A stretch of DNA of 64,000 bases from an uncultured virus (IMG/VR IMGVR_UViG_3300010344_001075) (taxonomy: Duplodnaviria; Heunggongvirae; Uroviricota; Caudoviricetes): the IMG/VR virus record IMGVR_UViG_3300010344_001075. The stretch is one strand, 5' to 3'. This document shows, piece by piece, positions 38,601 to 47,040 of this stretch (position 1 is the first letter of the stretch; each line of letters opens with the position of its first letter). A program made the position numbers and the translations under genes. Under the pieces are notes generated by a model, which saw only the letters and a list, made by a program, of their open reading frames with translations, was not told the origin of the DNA and did not search any database.

Positions 38601-39825
38601 AGTAGAAGGCGCCGGAGATGCTTCAAAGGCAAGCACCGTAGCAGCCTCAGCCGCCGGGGCCGCGTCAAATATAGTATCGACAGCAATACAAGGTGGCAAT
38701 GTAGGCAAGGCAATGGTTGCTGGTGTGGGAACAACTATGACAACGGCCGTAACTGATTGGCTGACACCGATGCTTTCCGCCATCCCAATTATTGGGCCGT
38801 TCTTGGCTCCGTTATTGGGCGGGCTCTTCGGCGGGCTATTTTCGGGCATGGCCAGCAAGATGGCCAAGGGGGGTATAATACCTCCCGGGTATCCCAACGA
38901 TTCGTTTCCTGCGCTCCTATCAAGCGGAGAGACGGTTTTACCGAAGGAGTATAAAGACATGCCGCAAATGCAGGATGTTCTTAGTAAATTAACCAAGCAA
39001 GGTTCTATTCCTTCAGGGACGATAAGTGATGAACTTCAACTGCTACTTTCCACATATGAAATCAACTTCCCGGAAGAGAAGTTTAAATCGTTGTTTGCCC
39101 CATTGATGAAGCAACCAAGGGTCACTGCGGAGAAGGCACTTGATACAAGAAAGAAAGTAACATCAAGAATTTATAACTACAATAACTATTCAAAGAACCT
39201 AACACAGATATCAAAAGCACAGGCAAACAAAACGAATGCCATGCTTAAATTGAGAAAAGAAAGTACGATTGGTGTTACAAATTCTCTTGCAAAACTGTCA
39301 AAAGGAATTCTTGGAAATGATAAAACATTAAATCAACTCACCCGTTCAAATAAAGCCTCCCGTGATATGCGAGTCAAGGACGCTTCTTTCAACAGCATTG
39401 ATCGACTAACACGCGTGATGAAAGAAAATAAAGTCAAGGCTCGTGTATCTGGCGGTACTAATAACGAGGTGGGTAATATTCAACTGTTTGAGAAGATTTC
39501 AAAGATGAAGCGAACAAATGATAAGTCGCTCGCGTATCTTACACGAATTTCTCGCGGAACAGAAATGACAGAGAAGATGCTTGCCGGGGCTGACTATTAT
39601 CCGAATGTAGCACGTATGGCAGGTGGCGGGGCCGTGCCTCCAGGGTATCCCAATGATTCCTTCCCTGCCTTCCTGAGCAGTGGTGAATATGTATTACCGA
39701 GCAACGTTCGAACAGATGTTCGTAACATTGAACAGAAGCCGCAGAAGATATCTATTGTAGTAGATGGTAAGGTTAGTGGTAAGGATCTCATGCTTGTACT
39801 GAGACGGGCAAATGTAATGAGCTAA
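32671..39825 (+). CDS. tape measure protein (2384 aa) with embedded peptidase- and lysozyme-like modules
   Basis: TP901-type TMP core after the chaperones; HEATH motif; GIDP..ALAI..VE...YNG; four GYPND motifs. Confidence 0.92.
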   Translation: MDIGRLTATLAVQTRGFVEANRAMQNLQKTTLQAVNIINNRLDALEGQVGALTGKLTAMGQASASANRMIGDSTAAGVGKATASFDTLSSKMHQAAMGLRSFGWLATTVFTLPIAAAGKTVLKSYSEFEYSMMKIVGLVGIARSEIEQWSVSVKEMSKSIRRSPLELADALYYVTSSGYKTAAALGVVEQSAKAAAAGLGETQDIADLVTSVMNAYGQGNISVAKTLDVLTAAVREGKGEASQYAKVLGSVVPFAAQLGVTFDEVSGAVASMTLSGASAANAATYLRNIFMKLLKPAKQSEDALRAMGSSTAELRNMLGEQGLMPTLIKIRELTNTYGEDMLGKVIPNIRAMLAELMLTGKNLEYNQQVMESVTNSNMDLAKAYQAVYDVTKNRLNRANAELKSSLIDLGESLKETIIPILENLAKTLANIVEWFIALDDSTKRTVLGFTAFLALIGPASLIASTFGLAIHQVAVWVNGLARAMGVLRVATIGASGPIGAAITLLGVGVVALARYQKRLTDAARDNNVFEKTLVDVNGEIKKLKELTAVDYSILGPEAIGKMNVQARNEVLKLTKGIQEAFMRGFEDNNSLKNMEVTIGGVTDKLKNFSQETQEAFKSKLAKKYTDEVVQGWETIGKTRQKFLMKEAGPQDDYLSKILIPNLLLAKKQYDETSIAAEDFYNTFLKGLEASRVKTPLEDLFNAKAALALMNEQLRQIDVLEKAYTKLGVEGYDANKERLDLYNDTLRDFIENGHGADAAAKAMAEAIKNLSFIVETSKNKLYQFGEAWSFIEAKEKALGDGFDATAGKLSMYNEMLDTFIETTTEAAKTGADLNKVTEAFVKHNGADIFEGNVPTTYEETLSRIVELIQKYIDVGASEELQKSIDLLEKQAKAFGDLDIYLELLKKRMQVTRSEMVKLANASKEGINSQAFKDAAKAFLDLKDAYIDLEASLDAEVVLGVAKAFGSYASAMDMVQVATNITEAKIRSLYEVIESNRGEAWTAEMEEQMGNLKDLREEVLKTQLAMESLGWIANLWDKLTDSIGEADEKWAKWVGNILRAIPQVLAFMQKYGELFGITFGNSKAQAILEKSVQNRNLEAASIEKVALAKQNENVAIAASLPLRAQANLLSEAMVLSKNTELDAIAKLIPATTTETAAKVADAGASAQAAVANSVNAATAIVAANAKAAEALASAVAEAAKMPFPYSLVAIALNSAAVTTALSVPIPMITKMATGGVVPEGYPNDTFPALLSSGETVIPKGKAGEYAEKLIKEKQQKKRLVEFSPETEISSILIPKLQHGGEIPPGYPNDTYPAFLSSGETVLPKKVDFTGLAFGFKAMQQSTAGAIRASETLGEKIHNFFSDMATGMLTWGFQFRKPQPAELEAGRGSWGERLPLITEAATYGMLDEMTGKLTSLIPDAVKAVKGSMITAKAPMEQASLGSLFDAFNVSKGPEVKYFQRLNAVEEGNQWLLNWLNDPATQKRYDALIKEDPTFDIMQYRGKDRTMFESDLVDWDDLTESAANAFQHAAGLAGKGTFKPALNEYMAFVRPDLPLAKTTSVAVHEATHRLTKGEELIPPMMKRDLKSVMYDASDPIGFLNDSPLFSKMLGEVADNPDEIKGLLSDVTKDLKYYSKPTEVYARMMSVRHAAGLKPGEEITQEVGDRISDLFFDSDVVENMQPFIKDLDGLFKLMNKLPVAAGLTAGGLALSSNEASAKEYEKSKEKYPEVFKVIDQRTTDTITGKPVSDYSKLHGSFDATFVEEVVKKALARGIDPYTALAIPHVETGGTPSGSANPFAVNYENPQQLEKLIADPIGASLDILRQKLKLADKLGYDTYAKMVQMYNGMGTLTQGAVGGKKAYGIEIPDEGIKMRENPLYGKRVEDVRNNILMQNEELVSFVESLMKDYPQPSFPSTLYKPEPPTPIEYETPLPLTEPAIGAVYKFIEALQLLESQVVNTAASTQQLTAATQAAETTAEATQAVEGAGDASKASTVAASAAGAASNIVSTAIQGGNVGKAMVAGVGTTMTTAVTDWLTPMLSAIPIIGPFLAPLLGGLFGGLFSGMASKMAKGGIIPPGYPNDSFPALLSSGETVLPKEYKDMPQMQDVLSKLTKQGSIPSGTISDELQLLLSTYEINFPEEKFKSLFAPLMKQPRVTAEKALDTRKKVTSRIYNYNNYSKNLTQISKAQANKTNAMLKLRKESTIGVTNSLAKLSKGILGNDKTLNQLTRSNKASRDMRVKDASFNSIDRLTRVMKENKVKARVSGGTNNEVGNIQLFEKISKMKRTNDKSLAYLTRISRGTEMTEKMLAGADYYPNVARMAGGGAVPPGYPNDSFPAFLSSGEYVLPSNVRTDVRNIEQKPQKISIVVDGKVSGKDLMLVLRRANVMS

Positions 39826-39828
39826 GAT

Positions 39829-42669
39829 ATGGATCAACAATTTGAACTTCGATATTGGGATTTGGCACGGTGTGCTTGGTGTGCTAAATTTTACGTACCA
39901 TCATACGCAGGGGCCGTCGAGCAGCTACAAGGTAGTGGGCACCCCATTGTTATTGAATTTCAAAACAGTGATGATGATTACGCCGACCCCTACCGTCCTA
40001 CACAAGCAAAGATAGAAATCAAGGTAGGAGAGAATTGGAAGTTCACTGATTTATTTGACCCAAACATAATGTCGTGCTGGGTAGAAATATATCAGGGCCT
40101 TGATGACGACGCCACATTGTTCTTTCAAGGATGGGTAGATCCTTCACAATATGAGGAACCTTATGACGTCGCTCCTTACTACCTCACCATTGTTGTAGTT
40201 GATGGCCTTAAGTACCTACAAGACATTATGTTTGCTGAGTCAGAAAACAGTGATGGTACATTTGACTATTATGAGGACCGCAGAACTGAATCTCAAATTA
40301 TTTGGGATATACTTTCCAAAATAGGGGTAACACAATATGAAGAGTATGTAAACCTGTTTGCAGTTCAAATGGCAATGGGCTCTGCCTATTCACCTTTTTC
40401 ACAGACACTATTGGAAAGGGATCGATTTTATGATATGACGTGTGCGGAAGTATTGACAGAGATGTTGCGCAAGTTGGGGGCTGTAATTCGGCAGAGTTTT
40501 GGGGTTTTCCAAATCTTTCGACCTGTTGAATTATATCGAAGTGTTGTTTATGGAAGACTTTGGACAAGTGCTACAAGTAATACCCCGATCTCGGCAACCC
40601 CAATTCAATACATACATCGCACAGCAACACATCAAGAATCCGCCTTACATCAAATACCAGGGGGGATGCAAATGCTTGTTGCCCCCGCCAAGCGAGTTAA
40701 TATCAAACAAGAATACGGAAACAGAAACAGTTGGGTTGATAATTATACGTTGCATCGTGATACGTATGATCCTGTTACCCGTAGATTTGAAAAGTGGTCG
40801 GCAGTCACTTTAGGCATCTCACAATACGCTCCAATCCCGGTTGCTGATATTTTACCAAGGGAGGATGAGGGGGTGGCCCTTCGTTACTTGACGGGCGTGC
40901 GGCAGACCTTTGGACAGTATGCACGTATGGCCCCAGATACTGAAATGTTTAAAATTGAGTTTGAGTATGGTTTTTATAATAAAGCGACAGCATTTAAAGA
41001 TGATGTAGTTGCCTCCTTTGTCATCATACAAACGGTATCTGACATCCCCCTTTGGGCACAAGGAAAATACCTGCTAAAGAATTCAAAGGAGGCTACTGAA
41101 TTAACTTGGGTGCCTTTAGATTATAGTGGTTCTGCCAATTATTCCAATACTGTACCTATGGATGATGTGGGGCATGGTTGGACTGGATGGCAGACAGCTT
41201 CATTTACATTTAAAGGTTTACCATATACACGACCTCTTTCTATACGGTTTATAAACCGATATTCAGATAGTATTTATGTCTGTATTAAAAATGTCCGGTT
41301 TGTAGCTTCCGCCACAGAGATATCAAAAATAACTTATCAACGTGGATTGTTTGAACGTTTACGGGCACGAATAACGAGTGAAGGTTTTCGTATTTGGTTG
41401 GCAAAGAAATACATCTTAAAAGATAAGTATAGTGAAGTTGATGTGGTTACAGAAAATTTGTACAATCCAATCTGCGATGTCGTTCATGGTGATGTGCGAG
41501 AATACGATTTTATACTTGGTGACATTGTAAAGGAATCAACTCCACCTATCAAGGGGGACACGGGTATAACAAACAACCTTGAACAGTTTGCCGGGTCCCT
41601 TGCCATACTGGCTCCTGAAACAGTAGAAGCGGCAATACAGACTTTTATATCAGCCTTTGCTTCCTATTATGCGGCGGTCGATGTCTTGTTAAGTTATGAG
41701 GAAAACAGTGCCGGGATAGGAATGCTTGTTTTCAAGGCTGCCGTGCCCGGAGTAGACTTTGGGGCGGCTGCTTCCATTAGTAGTATTACGGGGGACATCG
41801 TCGCACAGGCCTACACAATTCAAGCGAACCAGGCGGGAACAAGACAATTAGTAGAATTATTAATTGAGGGTACCGGTGGATATGTTACTATCACTATTGC
41901 CGGGGTCACTCGTAATATGAATTATTACGGAAGCAGTATAGATGAAACCATTACACATTTTATAGATTTATATGATTATGTTTACGCAGCGGTAGGTATT
42001 ACACTTGATATTAATTCAACGAATGATGCTTTATTAATGTTGGGGGATGCTGAAGGAAACAGTTTTACATACTATGCTCTTGATACGGGGTTAATTCCAA
42101 CTGAAGTGCTTTTCGTGGCGGCTTCCCCAATTGGTCAACGTACGGATGCTATTGAAATTACAGGAACAACTGGATCAGCTGCAATAACATGTGCTGGGGT
42201 TACTAAGACATTTTCATTCGGATTTGCTTTGGTTACCCCATCTTCGGAATGGTGTGCTGGGGATGATAGTAGTGATGCTTTTCCATATAAACCGTTAGTT
42301 CAAATTATCGGGGATGAGATTGCAGCACAGTACAGTCGTTCCAAGTATTTAATTCAAATGCCAATTATAGAAAGGGTAACTGGTGTTAAAAGCGGATTAA
42401 AAATTAATGGTTGTATTATTGACACTGAAAATGAAGTAGATGGTGTACCCCGTAAATTTATAATCAACCGGGGTTCATTTGATACAAGACATCGTAAATG
42501 GGAATTGGATTTGGTAGAGTTACTTCCGTATGAGGGAGTGCAACCTGAAATTGAACCTGATTCTATTCCTTCATACGAATCAGATGAGGAACCATATTAC
42601 ATTCCAGGTAATGCAGGTAACATACCTTCGTCAGAAGACCCGGAACCTTCCGGTTTACTGGACAGTTAG
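39829..42669 (+). CDS. tail tip/hub-type structural protein
   Basis: 946 aa, directly after the TMP, beta-rich. Confidence 0.7.
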   Translation: MDQQFELRYWDLARCAWCAKFYVPSYAGAVEQLQGSGHPIVIEFQNSDDDYADPYRPTQAKIEIKVGENWKFTDLFDPNIMSCWVEIYQGLDDDATLFFQGWVDPSQYEEPYDVAPYYLTIVVVDGLKYLQDIMFAESENSDGTFDYYEDRRTESQIIWDILSKIGVTQYEEYVNLFAVQMAMGSAYSPFSQTLLERDRFYDMTCAEVLTEMLRKLGAVIRQSFGVFQIFRPVELYRSVVYGRLWTSATSNTPISATPIQYIHRTATHQESALHQIPGGMQMLVAPAKRVNIKQEYGNRNSWVDNYTLHRDTYDPVTRRFEKWSAVTLGISQYAPIPVADILPREDEGVALRYLTGVRQTFGQYARMAPDTEMFKIEFEYGFYNKATAFKDDVVASFVIIQTVSDIPLWAQGKYLLKNSKEATELTWVPLDYSGSANYSNTVPMDDVGHGWTGWQTASFTFKGLPYTRPLSIRFINRYSDSIYVCIKNVRFVASATEISKITYQRGLFERLRARITSEGFRIWLAKKYILKDKYSEVDVVTENLYNPICDVVHGDVREYDFILGDIVKESTPPIKGDTGITNNLEQFAGSLAILAPETVEAAIQTFISAFASYYAAVDVLLSYEENSAGIGMLVFKAAVPGVDFGAAASISSITGDIVAQAYTIQANQAGTRQLVELLIEGTGGYVTITIAGVTRNMNYYGSSIDETITHFIDLYDYVYAAVGITLDINSTNDALLMLGDAEGNSFTYYALDTGLIPTEVLFVAASPIGQRTDAIEITGTTGSAAITCAGVTKTFSFGFALVTPSSEWCAGDDSSDAFPYKPLVQIIGDEIAAQYSRSKYLIQMPIIERVTGVKSGLKINGCIIDTENEVDGVPRKFIINRGSFDTRHRKWELDLVELLPYEGVQPEIEPDSIPSYESDEEPYYIPGNAGNIPSSEDPEPSGLLDS

Positions 42670-42855
42670 AAACAGTTCTTTCATAATTATAGCAAGTGGA
42701 CAACAGACATTTGCATTTAGTATAGGAACGAGTTACAACAGACATTTGCATTCGGTGACATGTCCTATGGGGGAATATGAGGATTGTGTTCTGACAGTTG
42801 GTTTTACGCCAGGAACTGCAGTGGCATCAAGTAACAAATTTACAATAGCCTTAAT

Positions 42856-43368
42856 ATGAAAAAGTTAGCAATTTTATCAGTCCTTCTCTGCTTGACAATT
42901 GGATTGTCAGCACAGAGTAAATGGCAGGGCTTTGGAACCCCTATGACCAAGTACCGTTTATCGTCTATGTATGATGACTTCCATGAAAAAGCCTTAGTAG
43001 GAAAGGCTTTGATTCGCCCCGCAATGTCAGTAAACTTCTTGGCAGTGAAACCAATGTTTGATGAGAATTGGAACTTTACTCAATTTGATTTACAGGTGGT
43101 ACAAAGAGCCGGGTTTGGTTTGAGTTACTGTTTTTATGAATCTTTGGAAGGAGAGGGTGTCGCTTATGAAAAGTACAGTATTGATCTGCTACTCACAATC
43201 GTAAAACAGAGTGAAGTACAAGGAATGAACAGTGGTGTCCTCTTAACCTTTTCCGCTTTTGATCTTTGGAACTTGAAACCAAGTTTCGGGGCAGGGATTG
43301 ATATTGTAAAAGATACCCCGTTCAAGTCTTGGTGGTACGGGGCCTTCAACGTTCGGTACAGTTTCTAA
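42856..43368 (+). CDS. secreted outer-membrane beta-barrel-like protein
   Basis: Signal peptide, amphipathic strands, C-terminal VRYSF. Confidence 0.6.
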   Translation: MKKLAILSVLLCLTIGLSAQSKWQGFGTPMTKYRLSSMYDDFHEKALVGKALIRPAMSVNFLAVKPMFDENWNFTQFDLQVVQRAGFGLSYCFYESLEGEGVAYEKYSIDLLLTIVKQSEVQGMNSGVLLTFSAFDLWNLKPSFGAGIDIVKDTPFKSWWYGAFNVRYSF

Positions 43369-43730
43369 AGATACTTTCTTTTCCAAAAATGCCCGTGAAT
43401 TGTCTGCCGACCTTTAAGTGCACTCCACAAAGAAGTTCGGCAGATATTTCCATATTTAATGGCATCTTGTGGTGTTGGGTATTCATTAAGTAATACCATA
43501 TTTCTATCAAACTGTTGAATGATATACGGTCTTTTATGCCAACGATTTTTGGCAAGGTCCTTCCCGCGATGTTCCCATCCCACCATCCACATTAACCCGT
43601 AATGCTCTTCTATTATATCACTCAGGTTTCGTGGTAGACTTGGAACTTTTGTCTTCAAATCTTTTAGTAATAACCGCACGGCTTTTTCTTGTTCCATCTT
43701 CTCTTGCTTTTCGTCCAAGGTATCCTCCAT
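43365..43730 (-). CDS. hypothetical protein with C-terminal NUMOD1-like HTH
   Basis: IQQFD....LNEY.....A......I...L.G......G.FW. Confidence 0.6.
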   Translation of the reverse strand: MEDTLDEKQEKMEQEKAVRLLLKDLKTKVPSLPRNLSDIIEEHYGLMWMVGWEHRGKDLAKNRWHKRPYIIQQFDRNMVLLNEYPTPQDAIKYGNICRTSLWSALKGRQTIHGHFWKRKYL

Positions 43731-43813
43731 GATGCCGCTTGGCGTATTCCTCACGGGTGAAATTAATCTCTTCCATCATCAACACAACCAACGCATCTGA
43801 TATTGGTATGGCG

Positions 43814-44107
43814 TTAATCGTTGCATCTCTCGCCTCCTTCCGTCTTTCCATACAAAACCGACCATTCGCCCGTACTCGATGATATCCATGTCCTCACAGG
43901 CGGAGGACAATCACATCTTAAATCAAACGGACTATGTACCGCCCCACATCTCGGACATATCCATCCGTACATTGCAACAGTTTCCGCTATCCGCTTCTCC
44001 ACCTCCTGATTGATGAGAGGTTCAATCATATCAATAATTGCATTCATGGACTTATACCGTGAACGTACTTTCATTTCGTCGAATAAATTGCGTAGCTTCT
44101 CTTTCAT
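43814..44107 (-). CDS. hypothetical protein with zinc finger
   Basis: GWICPRCG.V.SP....C.C. Confidence 0.7.
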   Translation of the reverse strand: MKEKLRNLFDEMKVRSRYKSMNAIIDMIEPLINQEVEKRIAETVAMYGWICPRCGAVHSPFDLRCDCPPPVRTWISSSTGEWSVLYGKTEGGERCND

Positions 44108-44219
44108 CTCTCAATTCCATTTAAATGTATCTCCAAATGCTTTCATAAGCCACCATAACAGGGCAACCAGCCCCACCACCACAACACTCAAAATAATTAT
44201 CGCTGCTTTCATCTCTCGG

Positions 44220-44417
44220 TTAGTTTTCAATTACATCTACCATGCATGGATCAAAACTATCGTAGTTATCTCCGCAGGTCTTACAGATACAGTCCTTGCC
44301 CCAATCATCATTATAAACAATGCGGGTGTTTACCGCATGACATATCCACATATCCTCACCGGCAACCTCATAGTTCATGGAGGCTTTGCCGCACTTGCAT
44401 TTTTCTGTGTGTTTCAT
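44220..44417 (-). CDS. small Cys-rich hypothetical protein
   Basis: CKCG and CICKTC motifs. Confidence 0.6.
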   Translation of the reverse strand: MKHTEKCKCGKASMNYEVAGEDMWICHAVNTRIVYNDDWGKDCICKTCGDNYDSFDPCMVDVIEN

Positions 44418-44553
44418 TTCGTATCGGTGTTTTTATTTTCTATCCCTGGTTTTATATGTTAACCTTTAGTGTACATATAACATAGTTAGCAAACATTAAA
44501 ACGATTTGCTAACAGGGGCTATAAATAATAAAACCCCTGCCAGCGCACCGCTA

Positions 44554-44772
44554 CTAATCAACAGGCTCAAAATTATCTTCAAAATACTGTTTTGCCACAA
44601 GCCACTGGTCGTTATGGTTTTTTGGATTTCGTGCAATCATATCACCTACTTTTGGACTTCCTGCATCTTTGTCGGCTTGTGATACGGATACTGCATCAGA
44701 TAATTTTTCACCTTCTTCAAAAGGTCGTAGTTCTGCAATCTGCTTTCTACGGTACTCTTTAAATTCACTCAT
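44554..44772 (-). CDS. hypothetical protein nested in an attC-like loop
   Basis: 72 aa; GDMIARNPKNH.DQWLVA..YF. Confidence 0.75.
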   Translation of the reverse strand: MSEFKEYRRKQIAELRPFEEGEKLSDAVSVSQADKDAGSPKVGDMIARNPKNHNDQWLVAKQYFEDNFEPVD

Positions 44773-44873
44773 TTTTATTATGTATTAAGTTACGTGCAGT
44801 AATTATTCCCCCACCGCACAAAAAGGGGTTTTACATATTCATAGCCCCAAAACGTTGTAGGTAATTAAAAATA

Positions 44874-45068
44874 CTACTTCTGTGGTTTTTTCGAAGCGTA
44901 TTTCCTTTCCCAACTTTGCCGTTCAAAATCTAAAAATTCAATAAGGTATTCCAAAACCTTCACCTTATCCCATTCTTTTAATTCTTCTTCGGTGTAATCA
45001 CTTTCGATTTCAAATGAACACTCTTCTACCGTGTCCATCATAAACTGTTGCATTTTCTCTAATTCCAT
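44874..45068 (-). CDS. acidic hypothetical protein (cassette gene)
   Basis: 64-aa ORF between GTTGTAGGTA and TACCTACAAC. Confidence 0.7.
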   Translation of the reverse strand: MELEKMQQFMMDTVEECSFEIESDYTEEELKEWDKVKVLEYLIEFLDFERQSWERKYASKKPQK

Positions 45069-45216
45069 AATTTTTAGATTTTTATTAGTGTTTCAATTCC
45101 GTATTTTTAACATACCTACAACAAGCGGTATAGTGCAGTTTGCCATTAGGTTAGTGGTAAGGTGAAAAAGTCTGCAATGCAAACCGACACCATACCGCCA
45201 ACCGTTATATGCAAGG

Positions 45217-46038
45217 CTAAGACCGTGCATCGTTCAACCTTTGTAGTGTTATTTCAATCGCTCGTGGGTTAATATCACATCCGATAAAATTTCGGTTTAA
45301 TTCTTTACAAACTACTGCGGTTGTGCCACTACCTAAATAAAAATCTGCAACCAAATCGCCTTCGTTACTACTTGCTTTTATTATTCGTTCAATCAATGCT
45401 TTTGGTTTTTGGGTATCATAACCTAATCTTTCTTTTGCTGTTGGCTGTATATGTTGTATTTCCCAAACATCGTGTAATGGCACACCCTTGTTTTCAGTTT
45501 CACGCTTTTTATAACTACCATCTTCATTTTTTAATCTTACCAATTTGCCATCAATCACACCCCTAACTGTATCTTCAATTTCATTTGGCTTTGCGTAATC
45601 CTGATATTGAATGTTAAATTTTGATTTATCTTTTGAATAAAACAATATTACATCGTGCATTTTTTGAAAACCAAATGAAATATTTGACCATCTTTTATAC
45701 CACCAACTTATTTCGTTTCTAAATTTATCATACCCAAAAATATCGTCCATAATACACCGCATCCAATGGTTTATTTTAGTATCCATTTGCAAATAAATAC
45801 TCCCTGTTGGTTTCAATATTCGGTGCATTTCTTTTATTCGTGGTATGTAGTGCGCTTCAATTTCACTACGTATCGGTTTTAAATCTTGATAGTCTGCAAA
45901 TTTCCTTCCAGTACCATAAAGAATATCACAATAAATTAAGTCAATCGTGTTGTCTTTAATTTCCGCCATCAATTCTAAATTGTCGCAAATTCTAAGGTCT
46001 AAAAAATTTCCTCCCCCTATTTTTTCTTTTACTTTCAT
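45217..46038 (-). CDS. DNA N6-adenine/N4-cytosine methyltransferase, beta class (cassette gene)
   Basis: IDLIY.DILY (motif IV variant), TQKP..L..RII, DFYLGSGTT (motif I). Confidence 0.9.
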   Translation of the reverse strand: MKVKEKIGGGNFLDLRICDNLELMAEIKDNTIDLIYCDILYGTGRKFADYQDLKPIRSEIEAHYIPRIKEMHRILKPTGSIYLQMDTKINHWMRCIMDDIFGYDKFRNEISWWYKRWSNISFGFQKMHDVILFYSKDKSKFNIQYQDYAKPNEIEDTVRGVIDGKLVRLKNEDGSYKKRETENKGVPLHDVWEIQHIQPTAKERLGYDTQKPKALIERIIKASSNEGDLVADFYLGSGTTAVVCKELNRNFIGCDINPRAIEITLQRLNDARS

Positions 46039-46173
46039 TTGTTCATTTATTTAAGTTTCTACTAATTTTACCGCCCAGCATATAACACGTTGTATATGTC
46101 AGTTTTGCCAATTGGCAGTATCGCTTTGAATGGAAGTAGGTGCATGGCAAAACCGAACACATACAACCATACG

Positions 46174-46380
46174 TTACCGCCAATTAAATAGAACATCGTG
46201 TTCGTGAATAAACTGGTCAGCGCAATTGTTTAATACGTTTTCTGTCTTGTTTTTATACGCTTGATTTTTGCCAAATATTTCATCAATAACATATTCTCTT
46301 GCAATATCTCGTGATGAAAACACTTCTGCAACTTCTGAGCCCCCAAAACCGTTTTCCTGATAAACAACATATACTTTCAT
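46174..46380 (-). CDS. hypothetical protein
   Basis: MKVYVV...VFSS...A; its stop codon lies inside the GTTA core. Confidence 0.7.
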   Translation of the reverse strand: MKVYVVYQENGFGGSEVAEVFSSRDIAREYVIDEIFGKNQAYKNKTENVLNNCADQFIHEHDVLFNWR

Positions 46381-46763
46381 TTTTTGTCAATTTTATTGTG
46401 ATACTTTTCGCTGTTATTTAAAAACACGTCAATGAACCAATGTGTTACATCATTTAACACCGCACTCCATCGCCACTGTTCAAAATGATTCTTAGAACTC
46501 AACCATGCCCCCTCTGCCACGCCTCCACTATGACTATAAATCAATACGCATTGTCCACTTTCTGGCATTCTGTCCTTTATGTCAATCCACTCTTCCTCGC
46601 TCGGCATCTTCTCCGCTATCCGCTTCTCCACCTCCTGATTGATGAGATATTCAAGTTGTTCTGAAAATTGTTTGTGATATTCTTCACTGACTTTCCATCC
46701 CGTTCTCTCATCCCATTCAGAAGCCCAAGTATTAATAAATTTGGCTTTTGTTATCTCTTTCAT
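46377..46763 (-). CDS. DUF551-like protein
   Basis: WI...DRMPE.GQ.VL ... VTHW. Confidence 0.75.
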   Translation of the reverse strand: MKEITKAKFINTWASEWDERTGWKVSEEYHKQFSEQLEYLINQEVEKRIAEKMPSEEEWIDIKDRMPESGQCVLIYSHSGGVAEGAWLSSKNHFEQWRWSAVLNDVTHWFIDVFLNNSEKYHNKIDKK

Positions 46764-46769
46764 CTCTTG

Positions 46770-46995
46770 TTAGTTTTGAACTTCAATTTCTTCAACCCTC
46801 CAATCTTCATGTTCACCAAAGGGACTTGTGTAATAATCATCAGGTCTGTTATAAATGTCCCAATGCTCCTTTTCTTTTTCCGCTTTATGAAAAGCCATTG
46901 CCATTTCTGCACCCTTTCGTGTTTTATGAAGGCTCATTGTTGCATAAGCACTTTCATAAATGCAGGAATTATATAAAAAGGCATAAACCTTCATC
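46770..46995 (-). CDS. hypothetical protein (probable start MKVYAF; start coordinate approximate)
   Basis: GAGAGATGAA start context shared with neighbouring genes. Confidence 0.6.
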
Positions 46996-47040
46996 TCTCG
47001 TTTGTTTTTATTGTTCACCTTTAGTGCACATATAACCCAG

